A stretch of 64,000 nt of DNA from an uncultured Acidobacteriota bacterium (GTDB lineage Bacteria > Actinomycetota > Acidimicrobiia > Spongiisociales > ZC4RG35): positions 227,122 through 291,121 of the forward strand of contig CAVTFV010000006.1 of the NCBI GenBank assembly GCA_963734115.1, given 5' to 3'. Of the stretch, positions 8,945-18,131 are shown in pieces. The notes beneath the pieces were generated by a model. That model worked only from the letters and a program-made list of their open reading frames with translations, was not told the origin of the DNA and ran no database searches. How positions within the stretch are numbered: position 1 is the first letter of the stretch; each line of letters opens with the position of its first letter. The position numbers were made by a program, and so were the translations under genes.

Positions 8945-9624
8945 CCGGAAGGATCGACCAGTTTCACCCCGACCCCGTGAACGGTGCGCAGATAGCGTGG
9001 GTCCTGAGCTGTCTCCCCTAGCTTGCTGCGTAGCCAGGAGAGATGGACGTCGACCGTCCGCTCGGCTCCCCCGTATGGCTCGCGCCATACCTCTGCCATC
9101 AAGGCTCGCTTGCTGACCACCTCTCCGGCCCGCTCGGCGAGAACGCGGAGCAAGTCGAATTCCTTCGGACTCAGATCGATGGGCTCGCCGGCCAGCGTCG
9201 CTTCACGCGCTGCCGGATCGATGATGAGGTCGCCGATCCGGATCGTGTCCTCGGATTCGCCCCCCGAGCCACGTCGGAGCAGGGCTCTCACCCGGGCTTC
9301 GAGTTGGGCCACGGAGAACGGCTTGACCAGGTAGTCGTCAGCACCCGAATCGAGGGTTCGGACCACGACTTCGTCAGCTCCCCGGGCAGTGATGACGATG
9401 ATCGGGACCTGGCTCACCGCCCGGATCATTCGCAACAGCTCGGTCCCATCGAGGTCGGGTAGCCCGAGGTCCATGACGACCAGATCGGGTTTTCCCTTGA
9501 CTGTCAACTGCAGTCCCTCGAGGGCTGCTGCGGCGCTCTCGACATCGTGACCCTGGGCAGCCAGAGCGTCGGCTACGAGACGTCTGATGTCGACGTCGTC
9601 TTCGATGAGCACGATCTGTGCCAT
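8941..9624 (-). CDS. OmpR-family response regulator (receiver plus winged-helix DNA-binding domain)
   Basis: Receiver motifs DLVVMDLGLPDLDG and a conserved lysine (LVKPF). C-terminal trans_reg_C domain (LSPKEFDLLRVLAERAGEVVSKRALMAEVW). Confidence 0.9.
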   Translation of the reverse strand: MAQIVLIEDDVDIRRLVADALAAQGHDVESAAAALEGLQLTVKGKPDLVVMDLGLPDLDGTELLRMIRAVSQVPIIVITARGADEVVVRTLDSGADDYLVKPFSVAQLEARVRALLRRGSGGESEDTIRIGDLIIDPAAREATLAGEPIDLSPKEFDLLRVLAERAGEVVSKRALMAEVWREPYGGAERTVDVHLSWLRSKLGETAQDPRYLRTVHGVGVKLVDPSG

Positions 9625-9694
9625 GTCGGCAGGTTATCCGCGAGTCGATTTCGGCCCAGGCTCCTTGAGGAAACCTTGATGTCTCGTTGACGAG

Positions 9695-10237
9695 ATGACT
9701 TCTGCTTCCTGGGAGAATGACAGGGTGAGCAAATGGGCAATCGCCGGAGCATGGGTGCTCGTCGCCGCACTGGCTACCACTCTGACGTGGCAGATCGTCA
9801 GCGCCGCCGACGCACAGGTGAGCGATCAGCCACCGTTGCAGGTGGCTCCGGCCTCGAGCACCTCGGACTCGATCACGTCCACGGCACCCACGTCCTCATC
9901 GACGAGTAGCAGTACTTCTTCCTCAACGAGCACCGTTCCGTCATCCTCGTCCTCGACGTCCCCGGGCTCGTCGTCGACTGATGCTCCGCCCGCCACCAAT
10001 GTGGCCTGGTCCTCGCGGACGATCCAGACCGGAGGGGGCGTCGTCGTCGTCAACTATCGACCAGATGAGGTGGTGCTGAGCTCGGCCGCCCCCGCCGCAG
10101 GATTCTCAGCGGACATCAAGAAGCAGGGTCCGCCCGAAGTGGACGTCGAGTTCGAGAGCGAATCGGCGAAGTATCGAGTCAGAGCAAGATGGGCGAACGG
10201 CGATCTGGCCGTGGAGACGGAGTCAGACCTCGACTAA
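9695..10237 (+). CDS. Membrane-anchored hypothetical protein with a Ser-rich linker and a small C-terminal beta domain; divergent from the two-component operon
   Basis: TM segment WAIAGAWVLVAALATTLTW, then a poly-Ser/Thr linker, then GGGVVVVNYRPDEVVLSSAAPAAGFSADIKKQG. Confidence 0.5.
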   Translation: MTSASWENDRVSKWAIAGAWVLVAALATTLTWQIVSAADAQVSDQPPLQVAPASSTSDSITSTAPTSSSTSSSTSSSTSTVPSSSSSTSPGSSSTDAPPATNVAWSSRTIQTGGGVVVVNYRPDEVVLSSAAPAAGFSADIKKQGPPEVDVEFESESAKYRVRARWANGDLAVETESDLD

Positions 10238-10641
10238 CAGACGAGAAGATCCCGGCCGGTCTGCTCCTCACGGAGCCGCACCACCAGGTGCTCGATCAGC
10301 TTCCACGCCAGCTCGGGATGGGACTTCACCAGGGGGCGGAACTCCCATTTGGAGATGACGAGGGTGGTCAGCTCGGTGTCAGCCATTACTGAGGCTGTGC
10401 GCGGACCATCGTCCACGAGAGCCATCTCGCCGAAGAACTCGCCCGGGCCCAGGGTCGCCACCGTCCTGCCGGCGCGTTGGACCTTCGCCTTGCCGTCGGT
10501 GATCAAATGGAAGCCGACTCCCCCATGACCTTCGGTCATGACCTCGGCGCCCTCGGTGTGAACCGTCGGTTTGGCGATGGCCAGAACCTTGTCCAGATCT
10601 CTCTTGCTCAGATCGCTGAGGAAGGGCACCCCACCCAGCAT
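10234..10641 (-). CDS. Stand-alone cyclic-nucleotide-binding (cNMP/CAP-family effector) domain protein, 135 aa
   Basis: cNMP-binding signature GEFFGEMALVDDGPRTASVMA. ATG at 10641 is preceded by AGGAGAG. The longer annotated ORF (to 10983) has an N-terminal extension antisense to the neighbouring gene start region. Confidence 0.7.
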   Translation of the reverse strand: MLGGVPFLSDLSKRDLDKVLAIAKPTVHTEGAEVMTEGHGGVGFHLITDGKAKVQRAGRTVATLGPGEFFGEMALVDDGPRTASVMADTELTTLVISKWEFRPLVKSHPELAWKLIEHLVVRLREEQTGRDLLVC

Positions 10642-10750
10642 CTGCAAACTCTCCTGCTTGGTGGCCAAGACGTCTCCTCCACTCGATGGACGGCGGCACG
10701 ATGATATCCGGCACAGGTCAAGCGCGCCGATACATGTAACGTGCGCAAAC

Positions 10751-13700
10751 GTGATCTGCAGCGTCTGTAACAGCGAAAACCCTGCCGGAAACAGATTCTG
10801 CGGGAACTGCGGCAATCCGTTCGCCATCGTCTGCTCGTCCTGTGGCGCATCCAACGAGCCGGGAACCCATTTCTGCGGCCAATGCGGGACCTCGCTGGCC
10901 AGTGCACAAGTTCCCGCCGCCCCCACTGTCACGGCCGAGCGCCGCCTGGTCACTGTCCTCTTTGCCGACCTGACCGGGTTCACCGAGTTCTCGGAGGGTC
11001 GCGATGCCGAGGACGTGAGGGACTTCCAGACGAGCTACTTCGACCAGAGCCGGCGGGTGATCCAGCTGTTCGGCGGGATCATCGAGAAGTTCATCGGGGA
11101 TGCCGTAATGGCGGTGTGGGGGGCCGAAACAGCGACCGAAGACGATGCCGAGCGCGCCATCCGTGCCGGATTCGAGCTCATCGACATCGTGGCCAAGCTC
11201 TCCGCCGATGTCGGCGCACCCGATCTGGGCCTCAGGGTTGGGATTCACACCGGTGAGGCAGCGGTCGGCCCCAACGACGATCGCATGGGATTCGTCACCG
11301 GCGACCTCGTCAACACCGCATCCCGTCTCCAAACGATCGCCGAGTCCGGGACCGTGCTGGTCGGTGACAACACACAGAAAGCAGCGCAACGCTCGATCGC
11401 TTTCGAAGCGGTCGGGTCTCAGGCGCTCAAGGGCAAGTCTCTGCCAGTGGCGGTCTGGCAAGCCACCAGAGTTCTATCCGAGCGGGCCGGGCGTGGCAAG
11501 GCCGAGTCCCTCGAGCCCCCGTTCGTGGGAAGGGCCAATGAGTTGCGTCTCCTGAAGGACCTTCTCGACGCCGTTGGAATCGAATCGAGGGCACGTCTGG
11601 TCTCCCTGGTCGGCGAGGCCGGAATCGGGAAGTCACGCCTGGTGTGGGAGTTTCTCAAGTACATCGATGGGTTGGTGGACACCATCTACTGGCACGAAGG
11701 CCGGTCCCTGGCCTATGGCGAAGGTGTCACTTTCTGGGCCATCTCGGAGATGATCAAGGGACGGGCCGGAATCGCCGAAGGCGACGACGATGAAACAGTC
11801 GCACGCCGCCTGGACGAGACCCTCGACACCTACGTCTCCGACTCGGGCGATCGTGCCTGGATGAGGCCGCGGCTGGCCGCGGTGCTCGGCGAGGGTGAAG
11901 CGCCGGGAGATCGTTCCGAGCTCGATGCCGCGGTGCGTGCTTTCTTCGGAGCAGTGGCCGATCAGGGGACCACGGTGCTCGTCTTCGAGGACTTGCACTG
12001 GGCGGATTCGGCCCTTATCGATTTCGTCGAGGACCTGACCGACTGGTGGCGGGATCGACCCATCCTCATCGTCACCATGGCCCGCCCCGACCTGCTCGAG
12101 CTAAAGCCATCTTGGGGCGCCGGTCGCCAAGGTGTCATCTCGGTCACCCTCGGTCCTATGTCGACAGAAGACATGCTCGAGTTGGTGCACGGCGCCGTCC
12201 CCGGGCTCCCCCAGACGTCTGCCGAGGCCATCGTGGAGCGCGCCGCCGGGATCCCGCTCTATGCAGTCGAGCTGTTGAGAGGTCTGCTCGCACAGGGACA
12301 ACTGGCCGGTGAGGCAGGGGACTATCGAGTTGTCGGCGACCTGGCCCAACTCGTGATCCCGGAATCGTTGCAGGCTGTCATCGGCGCCAGGCTCGATCGG
12401 CTAGGTGCAGATGAGAGGGCACTGATCCAGGATGCCGCAGTGCTCGGCCAGACCTTCAACGTCACCGGTCTGGCCGTTCTCACCGGGCGTGATGCCTCTG
12501 ACCTCGAGGGGCAACTGCAGTCACTCAGCCGCAGGGAGTTGATCGAGCCCGTCCGCGATATCCGCTCCGCTGATCGGGGCCAGTACCGGTTCCTCCAGGG
12601 ACTGATCCGCGATGTAGCGCTCGGCCGGCTCAGCCGTGAGAACCGACGGGCCCGTCATCTCGCCGTCGCCGAGTACCTGGAGAGTCTGGACGACCCGGAG
12701 CTCGCCGGGATCGTATCCGGGCATTATCTGCAGGCTCTTGAAACCTCCCCTGCGGGTGAGGCCAGGGACGTCATCCGGGACCGTGCCCTCCTCTCCATGA
12801 TCCAGGCTGCTGCCCGCGCCGCCGATCTCAAGTCAGATCAGCAAGTGCTCTCGATCTCTGAGAGCGCCTTGGAGATCGCAGACAACGACGAGGCGCGAGT
12901 CCCCTTCTGGGAGATGGTCATCGAGGCGGCTGGGCGATTGGCGAACCTCGAGAGTGCTGAACGGTACGCAGGCCTGGCCATGGCTCATCACCGCGCCAAT
13001 GGAGACCAGGTATCGCTGACCAGGGTGAGCAGAAAGTTCGCCCTCGGTTTGGTCGAGAACAACCAGCCCGAACGGGCGGTCGAGTTGCTTCGGCCCCTGG
13101 TCGAAAGCGACTTCGCCTCGGATCCGGAGCTCGCCCGCGCTGCCGTTGTGTACGCGCGCGGCCTGATGCTGAACCAGATGCCCGGCGTTGTCGAGGTAGC
13201 AGATCGCGCCCTTGCTGCGGTCGAGGAGTTGGATTTCATGCCGGAGATCATCGATGCCTTGATCACCAAAGGCACGGAGTTCGGCAAAGTAGGGAGGTTG
13301 TCAGAGGCCAGGATCATCCTCGAAGGCGCCATCGCCCTAGCCGAAGACCACCATCTGGGAAGTTCCATCGCCCGAGGGCAAGGCAACCTGGCCTACGTCC
13401 TATTCGGCCTTGACGATGCAGCCAGCCTCGCTGTGGCCGAGGACGCCTATCGGACCGCACAACGTCTCGGAAATCGCTCTCTCTTGCTGTTTCATGTTGG
13501 CCAGATGGCCATTGCCTACGTAGATATTGGGGAGTTCGAGAAGGCCGAGGAGGTCCTGGCCAACCCGCTCACAAGGGAGCAACCGCCGGCGGCGCGGGTC
13601 TACACCGCAAACGCAGAGTTGACCATGGCGGCTTGGCGAGGAGACACCGAAGTGGTTGAACGTCTCGACGCCGAGGTGACCCGGCTGATATCCGAGGTGG

Positions 13701-14179
13701 ACGATCCGCAGACGCGGAATTCCATTCGGGATATCAGGCTGAATGTGGCCCTGGCCAATGACGAGCTCGAACAAGCGTTTTCTCTAGCCGCCAACAGACT
13801 CGAGGAGTCCACCTGGGCCGAAGTCTCCGAGACGATCGGTCACTCACTTTTCGTCACAGCCCTGCTCGGCGATGCAGCGCGCTTCGCCCTGTTGACCCCT
13901 CTGTACGAGCGGCACCTGCCGCGTTTCAGCGACTACTACACGACGTGCCAGATCCTCGCCCCTGCCGTCGATGGGCCCGTCGACACGCGGGAAATCGACG
14001 CCATCATCGCTCGACGGAAGGGATGGGGATCAGTCGCCGACGTCGTCAGGTTCTCGGTCATCGCGGCGCCTTTCACCACGCCGGACAAGCGAGCGGAGTA
14101 TCTGTCGACCGCTCGGTCCATCGCCACCGAGCGGGGATGGCACGGGATCCTCAGGTTGATCGATTCACATTTGAGCTGA
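10751..14179 (+). CDS. Multidomain signalling protein: N-terminal double zinc ribbon (4 x CxxC), class III adenylate/guanylate cyclase domain, AAA/STAND-type ATPase (GEAGIGKSRL) and C-terminal TPR-like repeats (~1140 aa); family of actinobacterial AC-ATPase-TPR regulators but without a LuxR HTH
   Basis: Cyclase motifs LVTVLFADLTGFTEFSE and FIGDAVMAVWGA. Walker A SLVGEAGIGKSRLVWEF. Uninterrupted ORF to 14179. Start is uncertain: GTG 10751 is chosen to avoid the 70-bp antisense overlap with the cNMP gene, and the track ORF begins at TTG 10571. Confidence 0.75.
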   Translation: MICSVCNSENPAGNRFCGNCGNPFAIVCSSCGASNEPGTHFCGQCGTSLASAQVPAAPTVTAERRLVTVLFADLTGFTEFSEGRDAEDVRDFQTSYFDQSRRVIQLFGGIIEKFIGDAVMAVWGAETATEDDAERAIRAGFELIDIVAKLSADVGAPDLGLRVGIHTGEAAVGPNDDRMGFVTGDLVNTASRLQTIAESGTVLVGDNTQKAAQRSIAFEAVGSQALKGKSLPVAVWQATRVLSERAGRGKAESLEPPFVGRANELRLLKDLLDAVGIESRARLVSLVGEAGIGKSRLVWEFLKYIDGLVDTIYWHEGRSLAYGEGVTFWAISEMIKGRAGIAEGDDDETVARRLDETLDTYVSDSGDRAWMRPRLAAVLGEGEAPGDRSELDAAVRAFFGAVADQGTTVLVFEDLHWADSALIDFVEDLTDWWRDRPILIVTMARPDLLELKPSWGAGRQGVISVTLGPMSTEDMLELVHGAVPGLPQTSAEAIVERAAGIPLYAVELLRGLLAQGQLAGEAGDYRVVGDLAQLVIPESLQAVIGARLDRLGADERALIQDAAVLGQTFNVTGLAVLTGRDASDLEGQLQSLSRRELIEPVRDIRSADRGQYRFLQGLIRDVALGRLSRENRRARHLAVAEYLESLDDPELAGIVSGHYLQALETSPAGEARDVIRDRALLSMIQAAARAADLKSDQQVLSISESALEIADNDEARVPFWEMVIEAAGRLANLESAERYAGLAMAHHRANGDQVSLTRVSRKFALGLVENNQPERAVELLRPLVESDFASDPELARAAVVYARGLMLNQMPGVVEVADRALAAVEELDFMPEIIDALITKGTEFGKVGRLSEARIILEGAIALAEDHHLGSSIARGQGNLAYVLFGLDDAASLAVAEDAYRTAQRLGNRSLLLFHVGQMAIAYVDIGEFEKAEEVLANPLTREQPPAARVYTANAELTMAAWRGDTEVVERLDAEVTRLISEVDDPQTRNSIRDIRLNVALANDELEQAFSLAANRLEESTWAEVSETIGHSLFVTALLGDAARFALLTPLYERHLPRFSDYYTTCQILAPAVDGPVDTREIDAIIARRKGWGSVADVVRFSVIAAPFTTPDKRAEYLSTARSIATERGWHGILRLIDSHLS

Positions 14180-14868
14180 ATCGCCGCAGGATCCAGTCGA
14201 CCAGAAGGTCGCCGTCGGTGGTGCCATCGAGTGAGGCCAGACCCTCGTTCGCAGTCGCTTCCGGGATCAGGTTGCCCCGGCGGGACTCCATCAGCGCCTG
14301 CGAGTAGGCAGGGTCGAACTCGGGGTGGCCCTGAATGCCGATCATGTTCTCGCCCACGCCCAACATCGAGACCGGGCAATGTTCGTTCCAGCCCAGGATC
14401 TCAGCCCCTGGGGGCAGCTCCTCGATCTGATCCTGGTGTGAGGTGAGGACGGTGTAGGAGGGGCCGAGACCCAGGTCTCCCCTTACCTCCACCTCTTTGG
14501 CACCTACTCCCCACCCCCGTTCTGACTTGACCACGCGTGCCACCGAGAGCCTTGGCGATGAGCTGATGACCGAAGCAGACCCCGACGAACGGGACCTGCT
14601 CCTTCGCCACATCACGAACGAAGGCTTCGAGATCCCGGATCCACGGCTCGTCGTCATTGACCGAGTAACGAGACCCGGTCGTGATCCAGGCGTCGCACTC
14701 CCCCGGATCCGCAGGCAGCTGGCCACCGATGACGTCATAGACGACGATCTCCACCTCGGGATGGCCAGCGAACAGCCTCCGAAACATGTCCGGATAGTCC
14801 CCCGAGATGTGCTCGAACTCCGGCCGAACGTGATCACAGACGAGCAGACCTAGCCGCATGAGACTCAT
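14151..14868 (-). CDS. Class I glutamine amidotransferase-like protein (candidate gamma-glutamyl-amide hydrolase of the ethanolamine cluster); one frameshift near 14525
   Basis: N-terminal part is ORF 14401..14868 (VGVCFGHQLIAKALGG, catalytic Cys). The C-terminal part continues in the frame of ORF 14151..14837 (VVKSERGWGVGAKEVEV...MIGIQGHPEFD, catalytic His). Confidence 0.6.
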
Positions 14869-14888
14869 TTTCGCGCACCGTTATCGCC

Positions 14889-15812
14889 CTATGAGCCGAT
14901 GTTGGCGCGCGAGAACTGGGCGATCATGTCCCTGACCTTGTCTGGATTCTCCCAGACGTCAGAATCCCATATGGTCAGCACCTGGAATCCGGCTTCGCTG
15001 AGTCTGGCGAAGCGGGCTTCGTCTGCGAGCCGATCGAGCAGTGCGCCGTGATATCGCTGCGACAAAATCTCAATGATCTTGGCCGAATCCTCGATCCTGA
15101 AGTCCACACGGCCGATCCAGTCGTTGCCGCCGCTGTTGACCTGGCGGCGAAGGGCGACTCCCACATCACCGGCTAGTCGTTGAGCTCGCGCCTCGAGGCC
15201 CGTCTGGGGAGCGATGTAGTCCGGTGGACGATCCGCCAGGAGCTTTCGTATGACCCGAATCCCGTTGCGCCCGCGGGCAGCGAGTCTGTTGAGTAGGTCA
15301 TGCAGATTCCGATACGTAACCAGATTCATCGACCAGGCGTTATCGAGCGCCCGCTCAGTCCTCCCCGGGTGTTGACTCCCGGCGAGGAGGAATATTGTGA
15401 GAGCCGGCGATACAACTCGCACGCCGTTGAGAATTCGCAGATGATCCGACGGCAAGTCACAGTGATAGTGGACAACCGCCAAGCGGCGTCTTTTCCTCGC
15501 ACCTTGCCAGGGGATGATCGTGTGTACCGGATGGCGGAGCGTGTATCCGGGAATCCCCCACCAGGCCGCGGCCGAATGGTGCGACAGGTAACCCACTCCG
15601 GGCGAGTCGAGGACCGAAGCCATGAGCCGAGACGACTCGCTGATCGGAGCACCGGCAATCCTCATCACTTGGGGAGTAATGCGAATCAGCAGCCCATCTT
15701 CGACCAGGTCATACAGCTCATCGCCTCCGATTCCCCGATCCCACAATTGATGGCGGCTCACGACTCCGTGCTGGATTTCGGCCAGCCGCCAAATGGTCTC
15801 TCTTGCTCCCAC
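14889..15812 (-). CDS. DUF559 (Vsr-like endonuclease fold) protein with an N-terminal AbiEi_4-like antitoxin/HTH domain
   Basis: N-terminus IWRLAEIQHGVVSRHQLWDRGI...LYDLVEDGLLIRI. C-terminus GRVDFRIEDSAKIIEILSQRYHGALLDRLADEARFARLSEAGFQVLTIWDSDVWENP. Confidence 0.7.
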   Translation of the reverse strand: MGARETIWRLAEIQHGVVSRHQLWDRGIGGDELYDLVEDGLLIRITPQVMRIAGAPISESSRLMASVLDSPGVGYLSHHSAAAWWGIPGYTLRHPVHTIIPWQGARKRRRLAVVHYHCDLPSDHLRILNGVRVVSPALTIFLLAGSQHPGRTERALDNAWSMNLVTYRNLHDLLNRLAARGRNGIRVIRKLLADRPPDYIAPQTGLEARAQRLAGDVGVALRRQVNSGGNDWIGRVDFRIEDSAKIIEILSQRYHGALLDRLADEARFARLSEAGFQVLTIWDSDVWENPDKVRDMIAQFSRANIGS

Positions 15813-15864
15813 CCCGATGAGCGTGCCTCATCGCGAGGGTGCACACCACCCCCGTGTCCTTCTC

Positions 15865-15902
15865 GCGCACCGATCTCGGCCCCTCGGCCGAGATCGGTGC
15901 GC
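15865..15902 (-). terminator. Very stable hairpin (17-bp perfect stem GCGCACCGATCTCGGCC / GGCCGAGATCGGTGCGC, 4-nt loop) 23 nt downstream of the aldehyde dehydrogenase stop; likely I-shaped terminator of the glnA-like/SDR/aldH operon
   Basis: Read directly from the sequence. There is no U-tract, which is common for high-GC actinobacterial terminators. Confidence 0.45.
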
Positions 15903-15924
15903 GAAAACGGGTTCCGCGACCCCC

Positions 15925-17355
15925 TCAGTCGTTGGCGATGAAGACGGACTTGTACTCGGAGTAGTGGTCGAGGGCGGCCATGCCCTGTTCGCGGCCGATG
16001 CCCGATGCCTTGACGCCGCCAAAAGGTGCCTCGATGTGGACGCTGGAAGATGAGTTGATGGAGAGCATTCCGGTCTCGACGGCGCGGGCGACACGAAGGG
16101 CGCGACCGATGTCCCGGGTCCAGATGGAGCCGGACAACCCGTAAGGGGTGCTGTTCGCCAGGGCGATCGCCTCCGCCTCGCCATCGAACTCACTCAGGGC
16201 GACGACCGGGCCGAAGATCTCTTCCTGGACGATCCGCATCCCCACCCTGGCCCCGGTGAACACTGCCGGCGAGAGGAAGTTCCCGACGGGCCCGACCCTG
16301 TCCCCACCACAGACCAATTGCGCCCCCTGGTCGACGCCGATCTGTAGGTATCCCTCCACGGACTCCCGTTGCGCCGGGGTGATGAGCGGGCCGATTTCGG
16401 TGGCCTCGTCGGAGGTGTCGCCGACCACCAGGGTGCGGGCCCTATCCACGAATCGAGCTGCGAACTCGTCGTAGATCGATCGTTCCACAAGAACACGGCT
16501 GCGGGCGCAGCAATCCTGCCCGGCGTTGTCGTAGACGGCGAAGATCGAAGACTCGATACAGGCGTCGAGGTCGGCGTCGGCGAAGACGATGCCGGCCGAC
16601 TTCCCTCCTAGCTCCAAGGAGATCCGCTTGATGTCGGAGGCGGCCGCCGCCATGACCTCGGCTCCGACCTCGGTCGACCCGGTGAATGAGATCTTGCCCA
16701 CCGCCTCGTGCCTCACCAGCGCCGCCCCCGCCTCGGAGCCCTTCCCGGTGACGACGTTCAACACCCCGGGCGGCAGCCCCGCCTCGATAGCCAACGCGGC
16801 CAAGGCGAGAGCGGTGAGCGGAGTCAACTCGGCGGGCTTGACCACCACCGAGTTCCCCATTGCCAGCGCCGGAGCTGCCTTCCAGCTCAGGATCAGCATC
16901 GGGAAGTTCCACGGCGTAATGGCGGCACAGACCCCTATCGGCTCCCTGAAAGTCATCAAGGTCCCGTCGGCATTCCCGGGGATCGTCTGGCCGTGGAACT
17001 TGTCCACCGCCCCGGCGTAGAAGTCGAAGGTCGTGGCGACGGCGGCGATCTCGCCGCGAGCGGCCACTATCGGCTTGCCCGCATTGGTGGATTCGAGCGA
17101 GGCGAGCCTTTCCTGATCGCGGCGCACGAGATCGGCGATGCCCCGGAGCACATCGCGTCGACGTCGCACCGGCGTATTGCGCCATACGCCCTCATCGAAC
17201 CTTCGCCGGGCGACTTCCACCGCCGAAGCGACGTCATCTGGAGAAGCCCGGGTGACCGTCCCGATCTGCTCGCCTGTCGCCGGATTGTGGATCGGGGCCT
17301 CACCGCCGGACCCCGAGCGGCTCTCGCCATCGACGAAGGGATGGTGCTCGCTCAC
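15925..17355 (-). CDS. NAD(P)-dependent aldehyde dehydrogenase (476 aa); candidate gamma-glutamyl-aminoaldehyde dehydrogenase
   Basis: ALDH motifs ELGGKSAGIVFADADLD and the catalytic Cys region GQDCCARSRVLV. The start overlaps the upstream SDR stop (operon). Confidence 0.9.
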   Translation of the reverse strand: MSEHHPFVDGESRSGSGGEAPIHNPATGEQIGTVTRASPDDVASAVEVARRRFDEGVWRNTPVRRRRDVLRGIADLVRRDQERLASLESTNAGKPIVAARGEIAAVATTFDFYAGAVDKFHGQTIPGNADGTLMTFREPIGVCAAITPWNFPMLILSWKAAPALAMGNSVVVKPAELTPLTALALAALAIEAGLPPGVLNVVTGKGSEAGAALVRHEAVGKISFTGSTEVGAEVMAAAASDIKRISLELGGKSAGIVFADADLDACIESSIFAVYDNAGQDCCARSRVLVERSIYDEFAARFVDRARTLVVGDTSDEATEIGPLITPAQRESVEGYLQIGVDQGAQLVCGGDRVGPVGNFLSPAVFTGARVGMRIVQEEIFGPVVALSEFDGEAEAIALANSTPYGLSGSIWTRDIGRALRVARAVETGMLSINSSSSVHIEAPFGGVKASGIGREQGMAALDHYSEYKSVFIAND

Positions 17356-18131
17356 TCGGGTGTGACGTATGCGGCCGTGATCCCACCGTCGACCACGAAC
17401 TCTGTGCCGGTCACGTATGAGGACTCATCGGAAGCGAGCCAGAGGGCAGCCTTGGCCATCTCCGCCGCCTCGCCGAACCGGCCCATCGGGATGTGAACCA
17501 GACGCCGCTGCTTCTTCTCGTCGGTGTCGAGGAACTTCATCAGCAGCTCCGTCCGCAACGGTCCGGGGCAAAGGGCGTTGACCCTGATGTTCTCCCGGGC
17601 GTGGACCACGGCCAGCTCCCGGGTCATGGCGAGCACCGCGCCTTTCGATGCCGTGTAGGCAACCTGGGGTGTCGCTGCCCCGAGCAGGGCGACAAACGAG
17701 GCCGTGTTGATGATCGACCCACCGCCGGCGCGGCGCAGAGCGGGGATCCCGTACTTGCACCCGAGGAACACGCCCTTGGCGTTGATGTCCAAGGTGAGAT
17801 CCCAGACCTCGAGGTCGGTGGAGACGGCATCGTCGTCGGCAGCGTGCATGATCCCTGCGTTGTTGAACATCACATCGAGCCTGCCGTAGGACTCCTCAGC
17901 AGCCGCGACCATGGCCTCGCTGTCGTCGGCCGAGGAGACATCCGCCCGATGCGATGTCGCCTCCCCTCCGGCAGCTCTGACCATGTCGACCGTTTCCTCG
18001 GCGGCCGCCGCGTTGACGTCGACGGCCAGTACCGAGGAGCCCTCGGCGGCGAACAGCAGCGATGTCTCCCGGCCGATGCCGGACCCGGCACCGGTGATCA
18101 GGGCGACCTTCCCTTGGAGCCGACCGTTCAT
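17352..18131 (-). CDS. SDR-family short-chain dehydrogenase/reductase (259 aa)
   Basis: TGAGSGIG Rossmann motif, NNAG motif and the YTASK catalytic motif. ATG 18131 overlaps the upstream stop (ATGA). Confidence 0.85.
   Translation of the reverse strand: MNGRLQGKVALITGAGSGIGRETSLLFAAEGSSVLAVDVNAAAAEETVDMVRAAGGEATSHRADVSSADDSEAMVAAAEESYGRLDVMFNNAGIMHAADDDAVSTDLEVWDLTLDINAKGVFLGCKYGIPALRRAGGGSIINTASFVALLGAATPQVAYTASKGAVLAMTRELAVVHARENIRVNALCPGPLRTELLMKFLDTDEKKQRRLVHIPMGRFGEAAEMAKAALWLASDESSYVTGTEFVVDGGITAAYVTPE

Noticed and set aside
16442-17185. 247-aa minus-strand ORF and other ORFs overlapping the aldehyde dehydrogenase (16148..16474, 16589..17020, 16708..17496)
   Set aside because: Alternative frames of the intact ALDH gene. 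Extreme Arg/Gly content.
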